Shown: positions 1 to 10,410, numbered from the stretch's first letter. The stretch is 64,000 nt of DNA from an uncultured delta proteobacterium (GCA_963723215.1 CAVRQG010000036.1:903-64902); one strand, 5' to 3'. Numbers and translations are program-made. Notes: generated from the letters alone by a model not told the origin.

Positions 1-315
1 GAGGCCGAAAAACGAGGGATTGATGTCGAGGTTGGCGATTTTCCTTATGCCATCAACGGCATGGCCATGGCCTGCAACGAAATGACGGGTGCGGTGAAAA
101 TCATCTCCGAATCACGCTATGGTGAAATTTTGGGGGTTCATATCGTTGGCGCCAATGCGACGGATATGATCGGTGAAGCCGTTCTGGCAATGCAATTGGA
201 AGCCACTGTCAGGGAACTGGCTCACAGTATCCGGATCCATCCCACATTTTCAGAGTCGGTGGTTGAGGCCAGCCGGGATAGTTTGGAATGGGCCTTGTAC
301 CTGCCTAAACGTTAA
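1..315 (+). CDS. lpdA: Dihydrolipoamide dehydrogenase (E3), C-terminal part, 5'-truncated by window
   Basis: Frame open from base 1: EAEKRGIDVEVGDFPY...GEILGVHIVGANATDMIGE...HPTFSE, the dimerisation domain with the HPTxSE motif. Confidence 0.9.
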   Translation, partial: EAEKRGIDVEVGDFPYAINGMAMACNEMTGAVKIISESRYGEILGVHIVGANATDMIGEAVLAMQLEATVRELAHSIRIHPTFSESVVEASRDSLEWALYLPKR

Positions 316-383
316 GAAATCTGACTTCGGCATTTCTTAAAAATGTCGGACTTGTAGAATACAATTGTCAGTGGAGAACAGAC

Positions 384-773
384 ATGTACACACTCGCAGT
401 CCAAAGAGATTTCATTGCCTCGCATTACCTTATCGGAGGAGACTGGGGCCCGGAGAACCATCTGCATTCTCATCACTACCGGGTGGAGGTTATGCTGGAA
501 GCGCCGGAGCTTGACCAGCATGGCTATATTGTCGATATCGTGGATCTTGAAACCAATCTGGAGGAACTCGTCGGTTACTTCCAAGACCAAACCTTAAACG
601 ATCTGGCAGAGTTCAAAGGCCTCAATCCCAGTATCGAGCATTTTTGCAGAATCTTTTTAACGGCAATCTCCGCAAATATTCAAGCAGACAATTTAAGTGC
701 AATTACGGTAAAAATCTGGGAAAACGAAATTGCGTGGACATCCTACCGGGAGAAATTTAAAGCTGGTGGTTAA
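384..773 (+). CDS. 6-pyruvoyl/6-carboxy-tetrahydropterin synthase family protein (COG0720), Cys-less variant
   Basis: FIASHYL...GPENHLHSHHY...VDI...TLND...NPSIE T-fold motifs; GGAG RBS upstream. Confidence 0.85.
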   Translation: MYTLAVQRDFIASHYLIGGDWGPENHLHSHHYRVEVMLEAPELDQHGYIVDIVDLETNLEELVGYFQDQTLNDLAEFKGLNPSIEHFCRIFLTAISANIQADNLSAITVKIWENEIAWTSYREKFKAGG

Positions 774-859
774 ATGAGTAATTGGATATTAAACTGCCAG
801 CTTGAAAGCGGCCAGTTTAATCAAAAAGTAGGTTTGTAGTATTGAATTTGTAGTAATTT

Positions 860-1840
860 CTAGCGGTAGGTGACTGCCCGTGCAGCTTCAATCACATCAG
901 ACACCTTGGGCAGCACATAATCTTCCAGGGGTGGCGAAAAAGGTATGGGATAATCTTTGGCCGCCACCCGTTTGATGGGCGCATCCAGATAGTCAAACAG
1001 CTCGTCCTGAATCCTGGCAGTGAGTTCCGCCCCGAATCCACCGGTCAAACAGGCTTCATGTACAATAACCGCACGATGCGTTTTTTTGATGGATTCGGCC
1101 ACCAGTGCCATATCCAAGGGTTTGAGAGTTCTCAAATCAATCACCTCGGCATCGATACTTAGCTTGTCGAGCTCTCCGAGGGCCTCTTGGCAAAGATAAA
1201 AACCCGAACCGTAACTCAATAAGGTTATATCTTTGCCTGCCCGTTTGACGGCGGCCTGCCCCAGAGGAATGGTATAATCACCCTCCGGTACCGGTCCCTC
1301 TTTGGCAAAAAACTTCTTGTGCTGGAAAACCATGACCGGATCATCATCGCGGATGGCGGATTTGATCAAACCCTTAACATCCGCCGGCTCACTGGGAACC
1401 ACGACTTTGATCCCGGGGGTATGGACAAACCAGGCTTCCAGGGATTGGGAATGCTGGGCTGCAGCTCTCAGGCCAGCACCGTCCGGGCACCAGATCACCA
1501 TCGGAACGCTCACCTGGCCGCCGAGCATATAGCGAATTTTGGCTGCCTGGTTTGTCAACTCATCCATGGCGCAGGTCACAAAATCAGAAAAATGCAAATC
1601 AACGATCGGTCGCATGCCGGTCAAGGCCGAACCCACCCCGACGCCGACAATGCCCGCTTCGCTGATGGGTGTATCAATGATACGATCCGGAAATGCCTCG
1701 GGAATACCCTTAAACTGTCCGAATACTCCGGCATGGGCCGTTAGGTCTTCGCCCAGGATAAATACGGTTTCATCCCGCGCCATCTCTTCGTGCAGGGCTT
1801 CCGCCAGGGCGGCCGAACAGGTCATGATACGATCGGACAT
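860..1840 (-). CDS. acoB: Acetoin/2-oxoacid dehydrogenase E1 beta subunit
   Basis: ILGED, DTPISEAG, QHSQSLEAWF, EVIDLRTLKPLD motifs. Confidence 0.85.
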   Translation of the reverse strand: MSDRIMTCSAALAEALHEEMARDETVFILGEDLTAHAGVFGQFKGIPEAFPDRIIDTPISEAGIVGVGVGSALTGMRPIVDLHFSDFVTCAMDELTNQAAKIRYMLGGQVSVPMVIWCPDGAGLRAAAQHSQSLEAWFVHTPGIKVVVPSEPADVKGLIKSAIRDDDPVMVFQHKKFFAKEGPVPEGDYTIPLGQAAVKRAGKDITLLSYGSGFYLCQEALGELDKLSIDAEVIDLRTLKPLDMALVAESIKKTHRAVIVHEACLTGGFGAELTARIQDELFDYLDAPIKRVAAKDYPIPFSPPLEDYVLPKVSDVIEAARAVTYR

Positions 1841-1858
1841 GGTGATCTCCTTTAGCAG

Positions 1859-2827
1859 CTATCGATTCACGAACAGGTCTTCCAAAGCTTCCTGCGGATC
1901 CGGCAAAGGACTCTCATCCGCAAATGCCACGGCATCCCTCAGTTCCGCTTCTACCTCGTCCCAGATCTGCTCGTTCAGCTTGGGGGTCAATATACTTTTA
2001 CGGCTAAGATAATCGGCAAAGCGTTTGACCGGATCGTTGTTATTCTTCCAGGTAGTAATTTCCGCTTCGGCACGATAGGCTTGAGGATCACCCTCATAGT
2101 GTCCCCGGAAACGGTAGGTTTTATTTTCGATCAGGCTGGGCCCCTCCCCTTTGCGGGCTCGCTGGACGGCTTCTAAAGTGACTTCTCTGACTTTGAGCAG
2201 ATTATTGCCGTCCACCGAAACTCCAGGCATATTGTAGGCAGTCGCCCGGATACTGATATCACTCACCGAACAGGCATAGCTCTGAGGTGTTGTTGAAGCG
2301 TACTGGTTGTTTTCGACCACGAAAATCACCGGCAGTTTCCAGATAGAGGCCATATTCATGGCTTCATGCACGGTGCCGCGATTGGAAGCCCCGTCGCCGA
2401 AAAAGCAAACCGCCACCTGGTCGGTTTTGCGCATTTTAATGGAGAATCCGGCACCGGTGATAATCGGCAGACCACCGCCGACGACCCCGTTAGCGCCTAG
2501 AATGCCCAACGAGAAATCGGCGATATGCATGGAGCCGCCTTTGCCTCTGCAGTAGCCTGTCTTCTTGCCGAACAACTCCGCCACCATCTTTTTTAAATCA
2601 GCCCCTTTGGTGATCATGTGCCCGTGACCGCGATGGGTGGTGGTCAGGTAATCGTCGGCACGCAGACATGAGCAGACACCCACCGCCGACGCTTCCTGCC
2701 CGATGGACAGATGGATAAACCCGGGAATTTTGCCGGCAGCAAACAGCTCGCCGGCCAGTGTCTCAAATTGGCGAATCATCACCATTTTACGATAGTAGGA
2801 TAAGTACTCCTGATCCCGTTGGTTCAT
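1859..2827 (-). CDS. acoA: Acetoin/2-oxoacid dehydrogenase E1 alpha subunit (TPP-dependent)
   Basis: GFIHLSIGQEA, GKGGSMH, GDGA...NN TPP motif, YRFRGHYEGD; start placed at MNQRDQ behind a GGGAG RBS. Confidence 0.85.
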   Translation of the reverse strand: MNQRDQEYLSYYRKMVMIRQFETLAGELFAAGKIPGFIHLSIGQEASAVGVCSCLRADDYLTTTHRGHGHMITKGADLKKMVAELFGKKTGYCRGKGGSMHIADFSLGILGANGVVGGGLPIITGAGFSIKMRKTDQVAVCFFGDGASNRGTVHEAMNMASIWKLPVIFVVENNQYASTTPQSYACSVSDISIRATAYNMPGVSVDGNNLLKVREVTLEAVQRARKGEGPSLIENKTYRFRGHYEGDPQAYRAEAEITTWKNNNDPVKRFADYLSRKSILTPKLNEQIWDEVEAELRDAVAFADESPLPDPQEALEDLFVNR

Positions 2828-2854
2828 CAATGACTCCCAACCCGGACAAGCCGG

Positions 2855-3020
2855 AATTGAATATTGACGATTGAAGATTTGTTGTATCGCTCTCCAGGCG
2901 TAGGCGCTACAACCCCTATGAGCCCGCTTCCAGCCCGTAGGCTTCATAGCTTACGCCGGAGGGGAGGCTTCGCCTGTCTTTTCAATTTAAATCGATAGCA
3001 TTCCTAAAATATTCAATCTG
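2855..3020. repeat. Heptamer-armed palindromic intergenic element with a nested GC-rich hairpin
   Basis: Left arm AATTGAATATTGACGATTGAAGATT and right arm AAATATTCAATC; the core resembles the element at 28553-28675. Confidence 0.5.
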
Positions 3021-3178
3021 CTATGGCATAAATCATGCGCAAACATGATGTGATTTCAATAAAAATGTCTTTCTATCTTCGCAACTTCCGCGCTTCACGT
3101 CCACCCAACTTCTCATCTTCCCAGGTTCTTGCCTATCCAACCTCAAATCTCCTCGCATGCCGGCTTCCAACCAGCTGC

Positions 3179-4468
3179 TTACGGTGAATACAATCCCGCC
3201 AGAACCGGCAGATACAGCGACAATATTGGAAACAACGACAAGATAATCAGCACAATGACATCCATGACTACAAAGGGAATGGCCTCTTTGGCCACATCAT
3301 CGATATTGCCTTTGATCAAATTGGCTGCCGTAAACAGATTGACCCCCACCGGGGGGGTGGCCTGTCCGATGGCCAGGGCGCTGATGAAAATCACACCATA
3401 CCATAAAGGATCAATTTTAAAAGCGGACAACACCGGGATCAGAATCGGCATAATCAGATAGGAAATGGAAATGGCGTCCAAAATCATACCCAGGCCGAGT
3501 AACAATAAGTTGACCAGGATAATCATCACCACGGCATTGGGCGAAATTTTAACAATAAAATTAGCCGCCGTGTCGATGACCCCGATGACGGATGCCGCCC
3601 AGGTGAATATCCCGGCAAAGACCACGATGAACATAATCACCGAGCTGGTCACAGCGGCATCCACCAGTATGTGGATAAAATCCCGCCAGTTGATGGATCG
3701 ATAAATAACGGCAGCGACAAAAAGGCTGTAGAAAACGGCCACCACAGCGGCTTCCGTCGGAGTAAATATACCGGCATAGATACCGCCGAGAATGATGACG
3801 GGAGTTAGAATCGCCCAGATTGAATCTTTCAGGGCAATCAGGATCTCTTTCGAGGTTCCTTTTTTTTCCAGCCCCTTATAGCCCCGCTTCCTTGATATCA
3901 GGTAGGCCACCACAACGGTCCCAATTCCGGTGATCAGCCCCGGAATAACGCCGGCTAAAAAAAGTGCGCTGACGGAAACGCTGGTGATATTGCCATAGAT
4001 AATAAATGCAATGCTGGGAGGAATGATAATGGAAAGGTCGGACGCATTGGCGATGGTGGCACCGGCAAAATTTTTGTTGTACCCATGCTTCAGCATGGGG
4101 GCAAGCAGAATTAAACCGACCGCAGCAGTAGTGGCCGGTCCGGATCCGGAAAGTGCCCCCCAGAACATACAGGTAAAAACCGCCACCATGGCCAAACCAC
4201 CAATGGCCCTTCCCACCACCAGCTCAAAAAAACGGGCAATCGTAGCAGCCAAGCCGGCTTTTTCCAGAATAACGCCGGCCAAAACAAAAAAAGGGATGGC
4301 CAGCAGCGGAAAAGAGGCAATCCCGGTGGAGAAGTTCACCCCCAGCATTCCGATGCCGAGATCGAAAAAATAGATAGTGACCACGGCCGCCGTTCCCAAC
4401 GAAACGGCGATAGGGACTCCCAACGCCATCAACAGAAGAAAAGAGACAGAGATGAGAACAATTTCCAT
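3179..4468 (-). CDS. dctM: TRAP transporter large permease DctM
   Basis: LLAIPFFVLAG, GALSGSGPA, IIPPS, FTPTEAA, TPPVGVNLF motifs. Confidence 0.93.
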   Translation of the reverse strand: MEIVLISVSFLLLMALGVPIAVSLGTAAVVTIYFFDLGIGMLGVNFSTGIASFPLLAIPFFVLAGVILEKAGLAATIARFFELVVGRAIGGLAMVAVFTCMFWGALSGSGPATTAAVGLILLAPMLKHGYNKNFAGATIANASDLSIIIPPSIAFIIYGNITSVSVSALFLAGVIPGLITGIGTVVVAYLISRKRGYKGLEKKGTSKEILIALKDSIWAILTPVIILGGIYAGIFTPTEAAVVAVFYSLFVAAVIYRSINWRDFIHILVDAAVTSSVIMFIVVFAGIFTWAASVIGVIDTAANFIVKISPNAVVMIILVNLLLLGLGMILDAISISYLIMPILIPVLSAFKIDPLWYGVIFISALAIGQATPPVGVNLFTAANLIKGNIDDVAKEAIPFVVMDVIVLIILSLFPILSLYLPVLAGLYSP

Positions 4469-4959
4469 TATCCTGCCCTTTTCTCCCCCAGGCTCTCCAG
4501 CTTGGCGGCCGCATCCCGGTAAATGCCGGTAAAGACAAAAACAGATAGAATCGGAACCCCGATATAATAAATCCAGACCGGAATGCCCAGCCCCGCTGAT
4601 GTGGCTTGAAAAAGGGTCAGTTCGAAATAAATGGCCTGGACCGTGTAGATATCCACCAGCATGAAGAGAATCGCTGCGAGGGCCGCACTGAAGACAATCA
4701 CGCCTCTTTTAAACTTTTGCGGAAATTTATTATAAATAGTCACCATTCCGAGTTGTCCGCCGCGTTCAAAGGCAATACCTGTGCCGATGACCGTCATCCA
4801 GACAAAGAGATTGATGGTAATTTCCTCCGTGGCGGCAAAAGAAAAATGAAATAAATAGCGGCTCAGCACATTGATAAAGGCAATCAAAGCCATGATAAAG
4901 ATCAAGATTGCGACGATCCAATGGTCGATCCGTATGCGCCGGTCGGTATGCCCCATCAT
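4468..4959 (-). CDS. dctQ: TRAP transporter small permease DctQ
   Basis: About 4 TM helices, NVLSRYLF...TEEIT...FVW pattern; lies between dctP and dctM. Confidence 0.9.
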   Translation of the reverse strand: MMGHTDRRIRIDHWIVAILIFIMALIAFINVLSRYLFHFSFAATEEITINLFVWMTVIGTGIAFERGGQLGMVTIYNKFPQKFKRGVIVFSAALAAILFMLVDIYTVQAIYFELTLFQATSAGLGIPVWIYYIGVPILSVFVFTGIYRDAAAKLESLGEKRAG

Positions 4960-4973
4960 TTTCTCCTCTTTGC

Positions 4974-5011
4974 AAAAGGCCCCTGGATTTGTTCAGCTTC
5001 CCAGGGGCCTT
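4974..5011 (-). terminator. Hairpin (terminator or mRNA stabiliser) between dctP and dctQ
   Basis: Minus strand AAGGCCCCTGG-loop-CCAGGGGCCTTTT. Confidence 0.6.
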
Positions 5012-5031
5012 CGCTTAGATCCAAGGTTGTT

Positions 5032-6120
5032 CTACTTGGCCATATCGGCTTTGGCTTTTTCGTAAAGGTCTTCTCCTATTTTGGGTATCCATTTGTCGTA
5101 GAGCGGGCGGGTGGCATCAGCAAAGGCTTGTCTTTGCTCATCGGTAAGATTGGTCACCACCATGCCTTTGCTTTCGGCAAATTTTATCGGATCCGGTATT
5201 TCAATCTCATAATTGAATTCATTTTTTAATATATTTATAGAGGTGTCGCCATCGAGGCCGGCCCGGCACAGCGCTTTTTCAAATCGCGCCGATTCGACGG
5301 CAGCCTCTCGGATTGCTTGCTGGATATCGTCCGGAAAGGCGTCAAACTGCTTCTTGTTCCAATATACAATCACCGGATCCACCAGATAGTTCCAGCGCGT
5401 AAGGTATTTGTGGTACTCATAAATTTGCACGGCGATGGCAACCCCGGGCAGGGGATTTTCCTGCCCGTCTACCACACCCTGCTGGAATCCGGTCACCGCA
5501 TCACCCCAGTTCATATTCACCGGGTCGGCGCCGAGTTGTCGGAAAATATCGATGAATATCGGACTGCCCACGACCCGGAACTTTAATCCTTTTAAATCTT
5601 CCGGTTTGGTAATGGGTTTTTTATTGTTGGTTACCTGTCGGAAGCCGTTTTCAGCCCACGCCAGTCCGACAAGTCCTTTTTTTTCCATCACTTTGAATAT
5701 GGCCTTGCCGGTCTCGCCATTTTCCATTTTGTCCAGATTTTCAAAATTGTTAATGAAAAAAGGAAGTGAAAAAATATTCATCTCCGGCATCACCGGCGAG
5801 GAGTTGATGGTGGATTCATAAGCGCAATCGATTACCCCGCTGGCAACCATCTGGGGCGATTTCAACTGAGCACCCTTTAGCAGCTGACTGCTCCAGTATG
5901 GTTTAACATTAATTTGGCCGTTTGTTTTCTCTTTGACCAGATCGGCGAATTTCTGGGCCCCCATGCCCCAATAGAATGTAGGACCGACATTCAGGGTCAT
6001 CTTATATTCTTTTTTGAATTTTTCGGCCTGCCCCGGATCTGCAAACAGCGTCAGTACACAAAGGCAGATTCCGAAAACCAAGGCCAGTTTTAGAAAGTAC
6101 GTTTTTTTCCTCATCATCAT
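5032..6120 (-). CDS. dctP: TRAP transporter solute-binding protein DctP
   Basis: Signal peptide; ENGFRQVT, DLKGLKFRV, VDGQENP motifs. Confidence 0.93.
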   Translation of the reverse strand: MMMRKKTYFLKLALVFGICLCVLTLFADPGQAEKFKKEYKMTLNVGPTFYWGMGAQKFADLVKEKTNGQINVKPYWSSQLLKGAQLKSPQMVASGVIDCAYESTINSSPVMPEMNIFSLPFFINNFENLDKMENGETGKAIFKVMEKKGLVGLAWAENGFRQVTNNKKPITKPEDLKGLKFRVVGSPIFIDIFRQLGADPVNMNWGDAVTGFQQGVVDGQENPLPGVAIAVQIYEYHKYLTRWNYLVDPVIVYWNKKQFDAFPDDIQQAIREAAVESARFEKALCRAGLDGDTSINILKNEFNYEIEIPDPIKFAESKGMVVTNLTDEQRQAFADATRPLYDKWIPKIGEDLYEKAKADMAK

Positions 6121-6405
6121 TTCCCTCCTTTTGGATTCGATACTTGTTCCGGATTTAGCGCCGGCTTCGACAACGCTTTTCCGGCCCGTGCTGTCATTTT
6201 CTTTATGTAAAAATTTGACTTAACACCGCCACCAATGGCTGTCAAGAATATTTGCTATATACCGAAGATCAGGCCCTGAGATCCGTTTTAATGAAATAGA
6301 AGGTTAAGTCAATGTTGACACTGGTGGTTGAAGACCATTATAATCCGGGCAGAAATCGGATCTTTCAAGGACATTAGACAAGGATAGATAAAGGGGGATG
6401 ACTCA

Positions 6406-6783
6406 ATGATTTTGCAACATGTGGCGCTTACCTGCAGTTCTGAAGAAAAAGCGGATAAATTCTATCAAGACCTGTTAGGACTGCAAAAGTCGGAGCCGAA
6501 GATAATTCCATCGGCCCTTTCGAAGGCCCTGTTTGACCTTAATTCCGAATTAAAAATCATTAACTACCTGGATGAGAATCTTCATTTTGAGATATTCTTT
6601 TCAGATCAAAATAGTGGCGCTGCCAAACGAATCGATCATGCTTGCCTCCAGGTCGATGATCTTGAGGCACTTCTTGAACGGTGCCGCACCTTGCAGGTAA
6701 AAATCGTTCAGGCGCCGAAAGGGGATAAACTGCTGACTTTTATTTCAGACGATGATGGCAATCTTTTTGAAATCAAAGGCTGA
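6406..6783 (+). CDS. VOC/glyoxalase family protein
   Basis: LQHVAL...FYQDLLGL...IDHACLQV...FISDDDGNLFEI. Confidence 0.85.
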   Translation: MILQHVALTCSSEEKADKFYQDLLGLQKSEPKIIPSALSKALFDLNSELKIINYLDENLHFEIFFSDQNSGAAKRIDHACLQVDDLEALLERCRTLQVKIVQAPKGDKLLTFISDDDGNLFEIKG

Positions 6784-6826
6784 ATCGTCGCGTGCCCTTG
6801 TCCAAGTTCGCAGACATTAGGAAAAT

Positions 6827-7852
6827 TTATGTCGCGCCGCTCCTTAAATATTTCTTGACAAAATTACCCAGAAGCTTTCCCTCGTCGGCCCGGAAATAGT
6901 TAATCACCATGACAAAGACCAGTATCAGGCCCCAGATAAACTTTTTGTAAAAAGGGTTAAAACCGAGAATGTTCAGCCCACTTTGCAGAACCTGCAATAT
7001 GACGATCGCCATACAGAGACCCAGCACGCTGCCGCGTCCGCCTTCCGGGTTCGTTCCTCCCAGGATGGCGATTAAAACCCCCAGCAGCAGATAGGCATAT
7101 CCGTAACCGGGCCGCATCGAGTTGACCCGTGAAATGATGATGATTGCGGCTATTCCAGCCAGAAGTCCCGATAAAAGGTATGTTTTAATCAGAACAATAT
7201 TGTTTCGTATGCCGGAAAATCTGGAAACCAGAGGACTGGCCCCCAACAGGTACATTTTAAATCCTTGAGAACTCTTTTTCAGCATCAGAGAAACCAGACA
7301 TGCGACCCCGACAAAGATAATCAAAGGCATGGGTATCGTCAGGATCTCTCCGCTGCCGATAAATAGAAACTCCTCGGGAAATCCCCGGATACCATGTCCT
7401 TCTGTCAGAATAATGGCGGCGCCGATAAATAAGCCGTTCGTACCCAAAGTGGCAATGATCGCCGGCACACCAACCGTGGTGATTAAAATTCCATTGATTA
7501 ACCCACAAACAAGAGCAACGGCCAGGGCTGCAATAATGGCCAGAAAAATAATAGTGCCGGGAGAAATACCGATGTCCTGCGCCGCCCCATGACTGGCCAG
7601 CACCATGGCACCCACAACGCCGCTCAGGTTGGCAATCGAAACAACGGAAAGATCGATTCCGCCGGTAATCATGGCCAGCATAATCCCTAACGCCAGCAAT
7701 CCGTATTCCGGAAACTGGCTGGCCATGGATTGAAAGTTGACCAGCCGAAGAAATTTTTCCGGCAGGAAAATCGACATGACCGTGATCGTTGCGATCATGA
7801 TGATGAATAATGTCAGGTTCTCCGACTTAATAATTTTCAGTTTTCCGATCAT
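6827..7852 (-). CDS. Sugar ABC transporter permease (RbsC-like)
   Basis: TGGIDLSV, IIATLGT, ILGGT motifs; hydrophobic. Confidence 0.9.
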   Translation of the reverse strand: MIGKLKIIKSENLTLFIIMIATITVMSIFLPEKFLRLVNFQSMASQFPEYGLLALGIMLAMITGGIDLSVVSIANLSGVVGAMVLASHGAAQDIGISPGTIIFLAIIAALAVALVCGLINGILITTVGVPAIIATLGTNGLFIGAAIILTEGHGIRGFPEEFLFIGSGEILTIPMPLIIFVGVACLVSLMLKKSSQGFKMYLLGASPLVSRFSGIRNNIVLIKTYLLSGLLAGIAAIIIISRVNSMRPGYGYAYLLLGVLIAILGGTNPEGGRGSVLGLCMAIVILQVLQSGLNILGFNPFYKKFIWGLILVFVMVINYFRADEGKLLGNFVKKYLRSGAT

Positions 7853-7880
7853 CCATTACTCCCGTAAATAAAATCCGCTA

Positions 7881-8888
7881 TCAGACCGCAAAAGAAAGGC
7901 GATTTCTTCTTTGAAGTTTATCCTGGTAATGGGTGATGCCGACCCCCAGAACGATGATTAACCCGGTAAAAAACTCGTGCCAGTATGAAGACAGCCCGAT
8001 GAGGACGAGATTCTTCTCCAATATGACCATCATAATCACACCCAGGAGTGTCCCGGTCAAGGTACCGCTGCCGCCGGTTATTCTGGAGCCGCCGATAACC
8101 ACCGCTGCGATAACCTTTAAAAGCTCGGTATCCACAATATAATTAGGATTGCTGTATCGGATCAGGGACAAATGCATGATCCCCATGATTCCGGAAAGAA
8201 ATCCGATATAACTGTATACAAAAAAAAGCGTTCTATTTATATTGAATCCCGCCCGCTTGGATGACTCATAATTGCCGCCGATGGCATATATCGATTTTCC
8301 CAGCAATGTGCGCTGCAAAATAAACCAGGTCAGGATGACAACGCCGATTAGCAGAACAACGAATACAGACAATCCATAGGTTGTTCCGTCGCCCCTTGAT
8401 AAGGTGAGCACTTGAAGGTGGCCGAAGGCTTTGAAACAGTTCGGCAGCTGTCCCGTATTGACGGCCCTGGTACCGACGAACACCAGTAAGGCCCCATGAA
8501 AAATATTCGCGCTGCCCAGGGTGACGATCAATGCCTGGATGCGAAAAGAACTGATGAAAAAAGCGTTGATCGCCCCCAGTGAGATGCCAACGGCACATGA
8601 TATGAGAAAGGCCAGCAGTAGATTGTCCACCCCCAAGGCAATGAGAATGTTAACGGCAATGTACTGTCCTGCAATCGCAATGGCAGGAAAGGATATATCG
8701 ATTCCTCCTGAAAGCAGGCCCACAAAAAATGCGATCGCCAGAATGGCCATACCGGAGCTGCTTTTTATAAGATCGAACATATTCTCAATCGTGAGAAATG
8801 CAGGGTTGATCATCGTCACGGACGATCCGAATACCAGTATAACCAAAAAAAGGTAGGTATCATTTCTTCTGAGTAGTTTGGTGAACAT
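7881..8888 (-). CDS. Sugar ABC transporter permease (RbsC-like)
   Basis: SGGIDISF, GKSIYAIGGN, AAVVIGGS; start placed at MFTKLL behind a GAGG RBS. Confidence 0.88.
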   Translation of the reverse strand: MFTKLLRRNDTYLFLVILVFGSSVTMINPAFLTIENMFDLIKSSSGMAILAIAFFVGLLSGGIDISFPAIAIAGQYIAVNILIALGVDNLLLAFLISCAVGISLGAINAFFISSFRIQALIVTLGSANIFHGALLVFVGTRAVNTGQLPNCFKAFGHLQVLTLSRGDGTTYGLSVFVVLLIGVVILTWFILQRTLLGKSIYAIGGNYESSKRAGFNINRTLFFVYSYIGFLSGIMGIMHLSLIRYSNPNYIVDTELLKVIAAVVIGGSRITGGSGTLTGTLLGVIMMVILEKNLVLIGLSSYWHEFFTGLIIVLGVGITHYQDKLQRRNRLSFAV

Positions 8889-8907
8889 CAACCTCACCTG
8901 ATCTATT

Positions 8908-10410
8908 TTATGATTCTTTGAAACAGCATTGATCGAAAATATAGCTTTCGGAAGTACTGCGGACATCTTCAATTTCAGCTGCAATCTCCCCATCACGCAT
9001 GACCAGAATGCGGTTGCAGTGATGACGGACTTCCGGGATTTCATCTGAAATCATGATAATTCCAACCCCCTCACGCGCGAACTCTCGGATGGTCTCATGG
9101 ATATTATTTTTTGAGGCAATATCGATCCCGATGGTGGGGCCATCCAGAATAAACAACTTGAGGTTCGTCGCCAGCCACTTGGCCAGTACAACCCGTTGTT
9201 GGTTCCCGCCGGATAGGCTGCTGGCCGGCATGGCTGCGGACGGCGTTTTTATTTTAAGGTTGTCGATCCATTTGGATTCCAAGCTTCTGCGCTTTTCATT
9301 GGAGATCAACCCGAACCGGTTCAACAAATTCTCTATAACGGTGACCACAATATTGGTGCCAATGGGTTTTTCAACATACAAGCCCTGGAGCAGCCGGTCC
9401 TCAGGCAGATATCCGATACCCAGCCGCATGGCTTCATCAGCCGAATTGATAGCAACCGTTTGCCCATCCAGAATAATTGCACCTGAATCCGGTTTGTTCA
9501 AGCCGAACAGGGACAGGGCCAATTCGGTTCTTCCGGAACCGATCAAACCGGTTATTCCCAGAATGTCACCGCGACGGACTGAGAAGCTTATGTTTTCATA
9601 GTGACCTTTGCGACTGAGATTCCTGATTTCAAGTAAGCTGTCCTCTCCAACTATTGGCTGAGGGCGTTCGTAGGCAGTGGATTCGATTTTGAGACCTGTC
9701 ATCAGGTAGGTTAGCTTATCGTTGTCCAACTCCCCGGCCGGGTAGTCACCAACTTTGTGACCGTCTCGGATGATGGTAACATTTTCTGCAATTTCAAACA
9801 CTTCTCCCAATTTATGGCTTACAAAGAGGATTGAAATGCCATTTTGCTTCAAACGCAGAATAACGGAGAAGAGATGGTCGACCTCGGCCTTGGTGATGGC
9901 GGATGTCGGTTCATCCATAATGATCAGGCGGGCATTCTGGGTGAGGGCGCGTGAAATGGCCACGATCTGCCGATTCGACATAGAGAGGTTTTCAACTTTT
10001 TCAGAAAGATCTATGTTCTCCCCAATTTCCTCCAAAGCCTTCCTGGCAGTTCTAATGATATTTTTTTTACTGATTAAGCGGTTGCCTCTCTCAATCAACT
10101 GATTTAACGAAATATTTTCAGCAACCGATAAGTTCGGAAACAACGACAGGTCCTGATAAATTATTTGAATTCCCTGCCGTATCGGGTCAATGGCATGGGT
10201 GGGTGAAAATACGTTGCCATTGACCCTTAGCTGGCCGTGGTCAGGCTTTAAAACACCGCCGATAATTTTAATCAAAGTCGACTTACCGGATCCGTTTTCT
10301 CCCACGAGACAGTGTATTTCTCCGGCATCAATCGAAACACTGACATTGTCAAGTGCCTGAACACCGTCATAGGCTTTGCTGATATTTGCTGCTTCCAGGA
10401 ATGCCGTCAA
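8908..10410 (-). CDS. Sugar ABC transporter ATP-binding protein (two ABC domains)
   Basis: GENGSGKS Walker A, MDEPT, LSGGNQQ; TTG start behind GGAGG. Confidence 0.92.
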   Translation of the reverse strand: MTAFLEAANISKAYDGVQALDNVSVSIDAGEIHCLVGENGSGKSTLIKIIGGVLKPDHGQLRVNGNVFSPTHAIDPIRQGIQIIYQDLSLFPNLSVAENISLNQLIERGNRLISKKNIIRTARKALEEIGENIDLSEKVENLSMSNRQIVAISRALTQNARLIIMDEPTSAITKAEVDHLFSVILRLKQNGISILFVSHKLGEVFEIAENVTIIRDGHKVGDYPAGELDNDKLTYLMTGLKIESTAYERPQPIVGEDSLLEIRNLSRKGHYENISFSVRRGDILGITGLIGSGRTELALSLFGLNKPDSGAIILDGQTVAINSADEAMRLGIGYLPEDRLLQGLYVEKPIGTNIVVTVIENLLNRFGLISNEKRRSLESKWIDNLKIKTPSAAMPASSLSGGNQQRVVLAKWLATNLKLFILDGPTIGIDIASKNNIHETIREFAREGVGIIMISDEIPEVRHHCNRILVMRDGEIAAEIEDVRSTSESYIFDQCCFKES

